From: Candidatus Melainabacteria bacterium 17Bon1m
Lineage (GTDB): Bacteria > Cyanobacteriota > Vampirovibrionia > Obscuribacterales > Obscuribacteraceae
DNA length: 64,000 nt
Direction of reading: 5' to 3'
Assembly: GCA_032128875.1 (NCBI GenBank)
Contig: JAVLKG010000007.1
Coordinates: 64,001-128,000 of the forward strand
The position numbers and the translations under genes are program-made. Below the pieces are notes generated by a model that had not been told where the DNA came from, did not search any database, and saw only the letters and a list, made by a program, of their open reading frames with translations. The first letter of the stretch is position 1. Each line of letters starts with the position of its first letter. This document shows, piece by piece, positions 55,493 to 64,000 of the stretch.

Positions 55493-57835
55493 CTACGCGT
55501 GTTTCTCTTCACCCGTGATCGGTTGAGCGAACGTGCATTCCTTGTTGGAGCAAGCGATTTGGTCGCCACGCTTCAATGTTTTGTAGATGAGCATGGTGCC
55601 GCATGATGGGCACTTGTTCGAATTGTTTGGTCCACCAGAGATTACTGGCGGATACCAGTAAGCCGATGTGCACTGATTCTTCGAATACATGCTGCAACCG
55701 TAGAAGATTTTTCCACGACGCGACTTCTTCTCGACAATGTCGCCACCGCACTCTGCGCGCGGGCATTTGACACCGGTGAGTTTGAGAATAGGTCTCTGCT
55801 CGGTGCACTCTTCCTTGGAGCAGGCGAGGTAATCACCGTAGCGACCGTATCTAATCAACATGCTAGCGCCGCAAGTTGTGCACTTTTCTTCCGAAGGTCT
55901 ATCTTCCGGAACAGGGGTTCCTTCCTTGGTGAGCGCGATCTTCGTTGTGCACTCAGGGTACTTGATGCAACCCAAGAATTGACCGAAGCGCGAAGAACGA
56001 ATAGCCATTTGCTCTCCGCAAGCAGGGCACTGCTGATCGCTGAGAATAATGACCTTGTTCATGTTCTCTTCGGCCTTCTTCAGTGTTTCACCGAAGGGCT
56101 GATAGAACTCTTTGAGCATGCCATGCCAGTCGACTTGATCTTCTTCAATCATGTCGAGCTTCTGCTCCATGTCGCGCGTGAAGGTGACATCAACGATGCC
56201 ACTGAAGTGCTCCACGAGCAAGAGGTTGACGGCTTTTCCAAGTTTTGTCGGAACTAGCGTTTTGTTGACGCGCTCAACATATTTGCGATCCACGATTGTG
56301 GTTACAGTCGCTGCGTATGTTGATGGTCTGCCAATACCTTCCTCTTCCAATGTCTTAACCAGACTCGCTTCAGAGAAACGCGGCGGTGGCTGCGTGAAGT
56401 GCTGATTGGGTTTTATGTCTTTCAGCTTCAAGGCTTCGCCTTTGGAAAGTTCTGGCAAACTTTGCGTTTCACCGCTCATTTCACCATCTTCTGCATTTTC
56501 ACTATCGGTTTCAGAAACCGCCGATTTTGTCGGACGGTTATAGACGATGGTGAATCCAGCAAATTTGGTTTCCGTAGCAGATGCACGGAAAACAGCATCA
56601 CCAGCTGAGATTTCAGCGGTACGAGTGAGCAATTCGGCTGCCGACATTTGGCTAGCCATGAATCTTTCCCAAATCAATTTATATAGTTTGAACTGGTCAT
56701 TGCTCAAATACTGCTTGATAGATTCCGGCGAATTTTCAGGAGAGGTCGGACGAATTGCTTCGTGAGCGTCCTGAACATTCTTGGCTTTGCGTGTATATAC
56801 TCTCGGCTTATCCGGGCAATACTCTTTGCCATAGCGATTCTTGATATATTCGAGCGCTTCTTCCTGCGCTGATTCTGCAACACGAGTCGAATCGGTTCTC
56901 ATATATGTGATAAGACCGGTAGCGCCTGCTGCACCGAGCTCCACGCCTTCATAAAGGGTTTGAGCAACTTGCATAGTTTTCTTCACAGCATAACCAAGTG
57001 CCGTTGATGCTTCCCGCTGCAATGTTGAAGTGATGAATGGCGGAGATGGTTGTCTCTGGCTGGTCTTCTCAGTCAGAGAGCTGACTTTGAACTCTTCACT
57101 TTCAATTGCTTTGAGAATTTTGTTGGCAGCTTTTTCGCTGTCAATAATCATCGTATTGGCTGCGGACTTTTCCGATGCAGCAATTACACGTTTGCCGTCG
57201 TACTTATATAAAGGCGCGATAAACGCTTGCTTGGATCTCGAACGTGAAAGTTCGGCTTTGATGGACCAATACTCTTTGGCATCAAAGCTTTCAATTTCCG
57301 CTTCGCGCTCGCAGATCAGGCGCACGGCAACTGATTGCACGCGTCCTGCCGAACGTCCGTTTACTTTTCTCCAGAGAAGCGGACTGATTTTGTAGCCCAC
57401 CAATCTATCCAAAACACGGCGCGCTTGCTGCGCATCTACCAGACGCTTGTCAATTTTGCGCGGTGACTTGATCGCTGCCAGGATGGCGTTCTTTGTGATT
57501 TCGTTAAATTCGATGCGATGTACTTTTTTATTAGGCAATTCCAGAATTTCTGACAAGTGCCAAGCGATGGCCTCACCTTCACGGTCAGGGTCAGGCGCGA
57601 GATAGACTTGTTCTGCCTCGTCGGCCGCCTCTTTGAGCTCTTTTACGATCGGCTCTTTTTCTTTCAGAATCTCATATAAAGGCTCGAAATTCTTGCGCAC
57701 GTTGACGCCTAGCTTATTGCGCGGCAAATCCCGCACGTGACCAACACTGGCTTTTACGTGAAAATCTTTGCCAAGGATTTTTGAAATCGTCTTGGCTTTG
57801 TGCGGAGACTCAACAATAACTAGATATTTCGCCAT
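55493..57835 (-). CDS. topA: DNA topoisomerase I with C-terminal Zn ribbons
   Basis: LVIVESP, DPDREGE, SAGRVQS, LITYMRTDS, DAHEAIRPT, GIGRPSTYA; multiple CxxC ribbons. Confidence 0.97.
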   Translation of the reverse strand: MAKYLVIVESPHKAKTISKILGKDFHVKASVGHVRDLPRNKLGVNVRKNFEPLYEILKEKEPIVKELKEAADEAEQVYLAPDPDREGEAIAWHLSEILELPNKKVHRIEFNEITKNAILAAIKSPRKIDKRLVDAQQARRVLDRLVGYKISPLLWRKVNGRSAGRVQSVAVRLICEREAEIESFDAKEYWSIKAELSRSRSKQAFIAPLYKYDGKRVIAASEKSAANTMIIDSEKAANKILKAIESEEFKVSSLTEKTSQRQPSPPFITSTLQREASTALGYAVKKTMQVAQTLYEGVELGAAGATGLITYMRTDSTRVAESAQEEALEYIKNRYGKEYCPDKPRVYTRKAKNVQDAHEAIRPTSPENSPESIKQYLSNDQFKLYKLIWERFMASQMSAAELLTRTAEISAGDAVFRASATETKFAGFTIVYNRPTKSAVSETDSENAEDGEMSGETQSLPELSKGEALKLKDIKPNQHFTQPPPRFSEASLVKTLEEEGIGRPSTYAATVTTIVDRKYVERVNKTLVPTKLGKAVNLLLVEHFSGIVDVTFTRDMEQKLDMIEEDQVDWHGMLKEFYQPFGETLKKAEENMNKVIILSDQQCPACGEQMAIRSSRFGQFLGCIKYPECTTKIALTKEGTPVPEDRPSEEKCTTCGASMLIRYGRYGDYLACSKEECTEQRPILKLTGVKCPRAECGGDIVEKKSRRGKIFYGCSMYSKNQCTSAYWYPPVISGGPNNSNKCPSCGTMLIYKTLKRGDQIACSNKECTFAQPITGEEKHA

Positions 57836-58054
57836 TTGAAACGCGGCACCTCGGAACTGCAACCTGTCAAGATATGCGGACAGTTCGGTACTATAACACG
57901 GTCGTCAACCCCCCTCTAAAAATCGGCCCAGCCGAAAGGTACCCCAATTTTTGAAAGATGAACACGAATATTTTCTAGTTACACCAAGGGTTTTAAGCAA
58001 AACCACAGGTCGGGATAAAACCCATCTTTTGCAAACCGAAAATTTTGCTCACTT

Positions 58055-58660
58055 TCAGGGCTTCGAGTACATCCCGACAACCTTGTCTAAAACAGCCTTG
58101 GAGACCACGCTAGAACCCGCTAAGAAAGCCATTCTGCCGAGGTCTTCTTCGGGATCTTCTTCTCCATTACGCGCGTCGCTTGAGATCTCGTCACTTTTGT
58201 CGTAAGCGAAACGGATAGTCAGATGGTCCAACTCATCTAGATAGGAGATATGTTCGCCATCGATTTTGATCAATTTGAACAACTCACTCCATTCAATTAC
58301 ACAAACCATCTTTCCATTGATGAACTCGTCCAGCTCCAAGAGAAGCTGATCTCCGAGCGCTTGCGCCTCGCTTTCACTTGACTCGCTCAAACGATATAGA
58401 TCGAGATGGTAAAGAGGAAGTCTTCCTGAATGGTATTCATTCAGCATAGTAAAGGTAGGGCTTTGCACAACTTCTTTGACGCCCAGACCCTGCGCCAGTC
58501 CTTTGACAAACGTGGTTTTGCCAGCGCCGAGCGGACCCTCCAGCGCGATCACACAAGAATCATTTATAGATTTACCGAACAGCTCACCCAGAAGAATAGT
58601 CTTCTGTCTGCCATCCAACTTCAGATTCACTTTCGTTGTCTTCTGTTCACCGGAGCGCAT
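58055..58660 (-). CDS. tsaE: tRNA threonylcarbamoyladenosine biosynthesis ATPase TsaE
   Basis: LEGPLGAGKTTF, SPTFT, HLDLYRL, VIEW. Confidence 0.95.
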   Translation of the reverse strand: MRSGEQKTTKVNLKLDGRQKTILLGELFGKSINDSCVIALEGPLGAGKTTFVKGLAQGLGVKEVVQSPTFTMLNEYHSGRLPLYHLDLYRLSESSESEAQALGDQLLLELDEFINGKMVCVIEWSELFKLIKIDGEHISYLDELDHLTIRFAYDKSDEISSDARNGEEDPEEDLGRMAFLAGSSVVSKAVLDKVVGMYSKP

Positions 58661-59055
58661 CTCGAATTGCGAAGTTCCGGAATAAATAGATGGTCCCAGT
58701 CCCGAACAAGAATGAGTTTTGACCCGGAATGTTCCAGGTGGGGAACCTCCTAAACGGTTTACCGTTTCCTACTTCCTGTTTGTAAGGACTTGCGTCCGCA
58801 GGCTCATAGGTATACGTGGCCATCTCGAGTCGGAACCCCGAATACTCAATTCTGTAGGACAAAACTTTTTGAATTTCTGTCCAAGACTGAGACTAACCGC
58901 ATCATAGAGAAGTGGCTTAGACCTGTCAACAAAGGGTAAAGACAAAGATTTGGCAAGACCCTGAAAGAAAGAATTTTCGTGTTTGCAAAATGCGTTAGAG
59001 CCACCAGTCCCAGTGGCATACCGTAATAATGTGCGGTCGACGCAATTCGTCGGCC

Positions 59056-59697
59056 CTACAGTAACTGCTTAATGCGCTCTTTGTACTTTTCAGTAAGAGT
59101 GCCAACCTCTTTCCGTGCCGGCAACCAATAAGTTTTTCCACCTGGATAGACCGGCTCTTTAACAGCCTTTCCCGCGGTACCCTCACTAATCGTCGGAGTC
59201 ATATTGTTGATTTCGTAAATAGCTTCCAGGGGAATGTCAGAACCGTATTTTTTTTGCGCCACCGCATATAGTGTCTCATCCCAATTTATTGTTACGAATG
59301 AGCGTTGCTTATCATCAGCGCTGCCAGGCTCGCAAACATTGTGTTCATCAGGACTTTCAAGTTGTGGATGCAACTCATCCATCAATGAATAAAACTCTTT
59401 CTCAAGCCTTTCCACTTCAGACCAGGCAGGAAAAACATAAGCGTTCCCGGCAAAATAAACAGGGTCAAGCAGCCTGCGAAGCCCGTTTTCATAGACAACC
59501 GAAGGCTTTAACCCATTCGCTTGAAAAATCGCAGCGATCGGATGTTTTCCCTCATACTTCAATTCGCTCAGTTGCCAGAGTGTTTCGCCACGCTCTACAA
59601 CAACCTCGACGCGCTCATTCTTTCCGCCAAGACGCTTGTCCAGACTCGCTTTCCGGCCGCTGTCATCGGAATTTGGTGTAGTTTTTTTCTCAGACAT
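59056..59697 (-). CDS. Protein with two LysM-like domains
   Basis: VVERGETLWQLS...IFQANGL and INWDETLYAVAQKKYG...IYEINNM; TAATG overlap with upstream gene. Confidence 0.75.
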   Translation of the reverse strand: MSEKKTTPNSDDSGRKASLDKRLGGKNERVEVVVERGETLWQLSELKYEGKHPIAAIFQANGLKPSVVYENGLRRLLDPVYFAGNAYVFPAWSEVERLEKEFYSLMDELHPQLESPDEHNVCEPGSADDKQRSFVTINWDETLYAVAQKKYGSDIPLEAIYEINNMTPTISEGTAGKAVKEPVYPGGKTYWLPARKEVGTLTEKYKERIKQLL

Positions 59698-60860
59698 TAT
59701 TTCTTGTCCAAAACCTTGCCGCTTACAGAATGCTCTGGCTCTTGCTTGGCCGGAACGCCAGTGTCGGTTGGCAGTTTTCCATTCTCGCCCGCGCTTTGAC
59801 CTGCCGGAGGTCCCCCTGGCTCGCCGGTTTCGGCTGCCGGCACATCGGGCGCCTGCGGATATTGGTGCGGACGAATTCGCGCCACGGAGTTGTGAACTTC
59901 CGGCGAAGGGCTTGGCACAACACCGAAGTTTCGCACGTACAAGCCGGTTCCTTCCGCGCGCATTTTCACACGGTCTTTCAGACGGCTAGTTGAAAGCTGG
60001 CTTTCCAAGCTATCAGCGACTTCATCAAGTGCGGCCTGACGATCTTGGCTGTATTGCTTAAATTTCTGCGAACGCTCTTGCGCTTCTGCTCTAATGCGCG
60101 CAGCATCGGCATCAGCCTTCTTACGAATGTCAGCGCAGATTTCTCTACGCCTTTCCATTTCTGTTGCTCGCGCTTGTTCTAGGACAGCGTTAGTTACAAA
60201 CATACCGCCAGTCCCAGTCATGCTGACCAAATTTACAGGAGCGTCCATAATTGCCTTACACTCGGCAATCGCATCATCCAAAATCTTTTTGGCTGCTCCT
60301 TCTCCAGACTTTATGACATTACTTCCAAAGACGTCTGCTGATTGCTTATGGCGACTCTTCTCAAAGTCCGCCTGACGTCGAATGGTGTCAACGGCTCTAT
60401 TCAAATGCTGCGGAGCGTTGTGCGAAATCGTGTCGGAGGGTTGCATCGCTACTTTTCGGGCAACCGGCCTTCGAGCTGCAAACAGTTCTGCATCATTAGG
60501 GACTGCCATTCCGTAACCTAAAAGCGCACGGCGACAATATCCTGAAACCGGGCCAAAAGGATCGAGTCGGTAGGCTGCGTCGTATTCACGTTGCGCATCT
60601 TCATGCCGGTTGAGGTGAACGTAGCAATTCGCCAAATAGTAACGAGAAGTCGCATCATTAGGCGACTTTGACACAGCTCGCTCAAGCGGACCTAACGCCA
60701 TCGAATAACGGCGAGCCTGGAATTGACGCATGCCTTCTTCCAATGGAGCGTTGAGCGCCGCCGCCGAAACCGACTGGACCTGAGCGAATAAAAGAACGCC
60801 GAAAGTTGCAGCAATAATGCCGGAAGATGGCGAAAAAGGTAGTAGTGACCGTTTAGGCAT
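59697..60860 (-). CDS. Exported TPR / coiled-coil protein
   Basis: Signal peptide; SPNDATSRYYLANCY TPR; charged helical middle; start 60860 chosen. Confidence 0.8.
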   Translation of the reverse strand: MPKRSLLPFSPSSGIIAATFGVLLFAQVQSVSAAALNAPLEEGMRQFQARRYSMALGPLERAVSKSPNDATSRYYLANCYVHLNRHEDAQREYDAAYRLDPFGPVSGYCRRALLGYGMAVPNDAELFAARRPVARKVAMQPSDTISHNAPQHLNRAVDTIRRQADFEKSRHKQSADVFGSNVIKSGEGAAKKILDDAIAECKAIMDAPVNLVSMTGTGGMFVTNAVLEQARATEMERRREICADIRKKADADAARIRAEAQERSQKFKQYSQDRQAALDEVADSLESQLSTSRLKDRVKMRAEGTGLYVRNFGVVPSPSPEVHNSVARIRPHQYPQAPDVPAAETGEPGGPPAGQSAGENGKLPTDTGVPAKQEPEHSVSGKVLDKK

Positions 60861-61148
60861 AACCAAGTTGGGCTGATTTAACCGAAGCACTATGTTGTCA
60901 TTATGGCACCGAAGTGCCCAGAACAAAAGTAAAACCGTAAATACCCGAGCGTTAAGGGCGCTCAATTGGTTCGGCCGGTTCGACCTTTCATCGGACTTTT
61001 AGCTGGTTGAGTGACAGACTTGGCACGTAATTAAAAGCAGACGCAATCTAAAAGAGCGATGTTCCCACCTTGGAGATTAGATTTCCCAGGTCGCTGAACT
61101 AGATTTGGTATAAATGCCCGGCGATGAGCAGCGCTTGCCAAATATGGA

Positions 61149-62270
61149 TTATCTGAAATCCAAGAATCCGCGTGTTTTCAACCACCACAAGAGACCGCCA
61201 GACACACACATCATCGCAGCTAGGCAAATGTAGTAACCCCAAGTCAGATGTACTTCGGGAATCTGAAAGTTCATGCCATAAATCCCCGCAATCAAAGTCG
61301 GCGGGAGGAATAGCGTGGCAATAATAGTTAGAATCATGGTCGTTTCGTTCGTGCGCAGACCGAGCCCCGAAACGTACACGTCCATTAGGTTGTAAGACAT
61401 TGAGCGATAGGTTTCGAACATCCTCACCAGCGACATCGCTTCGTCATGACAATATCCTAGTTCTTGCCGCCCCTTCTCAGTAATCACATGGCAGCGGCAG
61501 CGTGACAGCGAAAGCACGACTGTTTCAACAGGCCAGACTGTATTGAGAAAAATCCAAATTACTTGCTGAGCACGATTAATGAGCTGCAGCTCCTGCTTAC
61601 CTGGGTGTTTGATGATGCGGCTTTGAATGGTTTCAAGCTTAGTCCCGCCCACCTTCAATACTTCAATATAGGTATGAATGATGTCTTCAATCAAATGCGC
61701 TGAAAGTCTATCCACAGTGTAGCCTTGCAGGCTCTCAGCACGCGCCATTAGTCGATCCACAGTTACCCCGAATGCTACATCGTGACTAAACTGCCTTGTG
61801 ATAATGACGTGTTCAGTCATAAAGAAATTGATCACTTCAATGGCTTCCACGACCTCACCCACCGACGGGCGCTGCAATGTCCAGAAAAGCCCGTTGTGAA
61901 ACTCATCAAAGAAAGAGCGATGATGAGGCCAACGCAGCAGCTTTTGCTGTTCATCCGACAGATCCATAAACTTGGCCAATTCACGCCAAAACTCGTCGCC
62001 GAGCGTACCAGTAACATGCAGCCAGCAAATTCCGTTTTCGCCGCGGTCAGAGCAAATGTTGTCGAAATCCAAAAATGGTCGAACATTCAGCCCATTCTCA
62101 TTCAACAAATAATATTGAATACGCGGCTCGACTCTATCGGGCAAGCACGGATTCATCTCGAACGTGTTGAAGTCGAACGATTGGCGACCGTGGCTAAAAG
62201 GAAGTTCTTTCATCTGATTCTTGTATGTATCTTGAGATTCCGTCACTAAAGCAAGATAGTAGAATGACAC
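61149..62270 (-). CDS. corA: CorA family Mg2+/Co2+ transporter
   Basis: LTIIATLFLPPTLIAGIYGMNF..PE followed by a second TM; start uncertain (62213 ATG possible). Confidence 0.92.
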   Translation of the reverse strand: MSFYYLALVTESQDTYKNQMKELPFSHGRQSFDFNTFEMNPCLPDRVEPRIQYYLLNENGLNVRPFLDFDNICSDRGENGICWLHVTGTLGDEFWRELAKFMDLSDEQQKLLRWPHHRSFFDEFHNGLFWTLQRPSVGEVVEAIEVINFFMTEHVIITRQFSHDVAFGVTVDRLMARAESLQGYTVDRLSAHLIEDIIHTYIEVLKVGGTKLETIQSRIIKHPGKQELQLINRAQQVIWIFLNTVWPVETVVLSLSRCRCHVITEKGRQELGYCHDEAMSLVRMFETYRSMSYNLMDVYVSGLGLRTNETTMILTIIATLFLPPTLIAGIYGMNFQIPEVHLTWGYYICLAAMMCVSGGLLWWLKTRGFLDFR

Positions 62271-62306
62271 AAAATGACGACTTGGCAGATGGTTTTAGCA
62301 GGACAA

Positions 62307-63203
62307 ATGAGAGTGAAGTTAACTAAGACATTGCGACTAGCTTGCAGTCTGCTCTTGTTGTCCGCCTTGGCGTCCCCATCTACGCACGCGTTTCCCTTCT
62401 TTCACAGAAAGGCGCCGGAAAAACCTGCAGAGGTAGAAACCGCACCAGTGACTCCTTCCGCCGCAAACACTGAAACAGAATCGAGAACGAACAGCAACTT
62501 TGCGCCGGCGGCACCGGCGTTTCGTCCTTACGGTTCAACAACACGTTCTAACAGTTCAATACACCAAAGCCCGACACCCACGGCTTCGACTACTCCCTCG
62601 ACTGCGCCTGCTTATCACCCAATCGAAAGGCGCACGCAGTTCACAGCACCTTCCACCGCGCCTTCATTCGGAGACGGACAAGGGGAGACCCTGCCGACCA
62701 ATGTCCAGCCAACCACTCCTCAACCAGGGCAACAGCAAATTCATAAACCACCGGATGTCCCCGAGCGCCCGCCGATACCGCCACCGCCTGCGGTGCAGGC
62801 TCCTTTGATGATTTTGAACGGTGATCCGACTCCATCTTTGTCGTGGCGTGCCGTGGCGTACAAACTATGGATTACGCCTGAATCACTGCCACCCAAACGT
62901 TCCAAAACACAGAGTTCTTTTCCTTATTCGTCATCAGTAACGATGAAAGCGCTAATCAAAGCTCTTAAGGAAGCAGGGTGGAATACAACCCAATTCAGCG
63001 CCTCTGCGGGTCATTTACTTGCAATAAAAGCAGATCCAGAATCCAACAAATTGAGATTGATTTTCGCCGCTCATCCGGGTGACGGCGGAAATACAGTTGT
63101 GCGAGTCGCGACGGATCCTGATTCGAAGAGCTTCGACAAAAATCAGTTAGAATCAATTCTTTCACGCGCACAAGATATTGCTGCACGCAATGATTTGCTT
63201 TAG
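62307..63203 (+). CDS. Exported Pro/Thr-rich hypothetical protein
   Basis: Signal peptide ending THA; low-complexity linker; folded C-terminal domain. Confidence 0.75.
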   Translation: MRVKLTKTLRLACSLLLLSALASPSTHAFPFFHRKAPEKPAEVETAPVTPSAANTETESRTNSNFAPAAPAFRPYGSTTRSNSSIHQSPTPTASTTPSTAPAYHPIERRTQFTAPSTAPSFGDGQGETLPTNVQPTTPQPGQQQIHKPPDVPERPPIPPPPAVQAPLMILNGDPTPSLSWRAVAYKLWITPESLPPKRSKTQSSFPYSSSVTMKALIKALKEAGWNTTQFSASAGHLLAIKADPESNKLRLIFAAHPGDGGNTVVRVATDPDSKSFDKNQLESILSRAQDIAARNDLL

Positions 63204-63217
63204 GTGGAGAAACTAAA

Positions 63218-63838
63218 TTGACGCCGGATAGAAAACCATTTGTAATTGGCATCACTGGAACAATCGGCTCCGGCAAGTCGACGGTTGGCAGCATTCTAGA
63301 AGAGCTCGGCGTGCCTGTTATCGACACAGACACAATTACCCACAACATTCAAAATAGCGAGAAAGTTAGGCGCGCTGTTGTTGAGCGTTTTGGAAAAAAT
63401 ATACTGAGCGACGATGGAACAGGCAAGATAGACCGCAAAAAACTAGGCGCCTTGGTATTCAAAGATCCCGTCGCCAAGCGCGATCTAGAAGCACTAATAC
63501 ATCCGGCCGTGATTTTAGAGAGTCGACGTTGCGTTGCAGCAAACTCTGACAAACCAATTGTCGCAATACTTGCACCGCTGCTTTTTGAAGCAAAAGTGCA
63601 AGGAGAATACGACGAGATATGGGCGATTGTGGCGAAGGAGGAGGTCCTCCGCGAACGGCTCGCCAAGCGCGACAACCTCAGCAACGAGTTGATTACACAG
63701 AGACTGGCAGCTCAATTGCCGCAGGAAGAGAAAGCACGTTTGTCTTCTGTTGTAATCGACAATTCGACATCACGCGAAGACACGAAGCGCCAGGTTGAGG
63801 TTAATCTTGAAAAACTCAAAGCGGGATTGAAGCGCTGA
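63218..63838 (+). CDS. coaE: Dephospho-CoA kinase
   Basis: IGITGTIGSGKST, IDRKKLG..VF, LIHP, PLLFE, R..AQ, VIDN. Confidence 0.95.
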   Translation: MTPDRKPFVIGITGTIGSGKSTVGSILEELGVPVIDTDTITHNIQNSEKVRRAVVERFGKNILSDDGTGKIDRKKLGALVFKDPVAKRDLEALIHPAVILESRRCVAANSDKPIVAILAPLLFEAKVQGEYDEIWAIVAKEEVLRERLAKRDNLSNELITQRLAAQLPQEEKARLSSVVIDNSTSREDTKRQVEVNLEKLKAGLKR

Positions 63839-63845
63839 CTAACAC

Positions 63846-63998
63846 CTAGTCCAAGATCTTCTTCAACTTGTTGGACCAATGCTTGTCTTTTTGATTTGGT
63901 CCGAAGCCTGAAAGATAGTCTTCCATCGCCTTCTCTGGATCTTGGGAAACATTTTGACCTGCCGAATTAGGCAGCGGGGCACCTTCTGGCACTGGATT
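63846..63998 (-). CDS. 3' end of a CDS running off the window edge
   Basis: Open frame ...DPEKAMEDYLSGFGPNQKDKHWSNKLKKILD* convergent with coaE. Confidence 0.55.
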   Translation of the reverse strand, partial: NPVPEGAPLPNSAGQNVSQDPEKAMEDYLSGFGPNQKDKHWSNKLKKILD

Positions 63999-64000
63999 GG

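Noticed and set aside
58647-58862. 71-aa ORF upstream of tsaE
   Set aside because: No recognisable motif or clear SD, and it overlaps the tsaE start; cannot be supported without homology data.

Overview
64 kb of bacterial chromosome, most likely from a non-photosynthetic cyanobacterial relative (Vampirovibrionia/Melainabacteria, Obscuribacterales-like). This is an inference from the cyanobacterial-type ClpC and RNase P RNA, the abundant TPR and kinase-LRR genes, and the absence of photosynthesis genes in the window. The backbone carries HU, trmD, rnpB, clpC, topA, tsaE, corA, coaE, an orphan histidine kinase, two tandem Ser/Thr kinase-TM-LRR genes, several TPR proteins, one complete IS1380-family element and many REP-like palindromes. 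The most striking feature is a compositionally distinct gene class interspersed in the backbone: 60-nt spot counts give about 67-70% GC against 40-45% in the backbone. It comprises an mgtC-PLD-DAGK-plsC-plsC cluster (plus a GH2), a divergent five-domain S1 protein, a NadD-like protein with an altered HxGH motif, a DUF4139-like protein, and a patatin-thiolase-FadJ / FadD lipid-degradation locus. The first genes of these units are preceded by a G-poor tract followed by hairpins that often contain G-U pairs, and the internal spacers are also hairpin-filled. No mobility genes are attached to them. This may be an undescribed co-regulated, post-transcriptionally controlled lipid-scavenging programme. 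That is a hypothesis only; all family assignments and RNA folds were made by eye, without searches or folding software.
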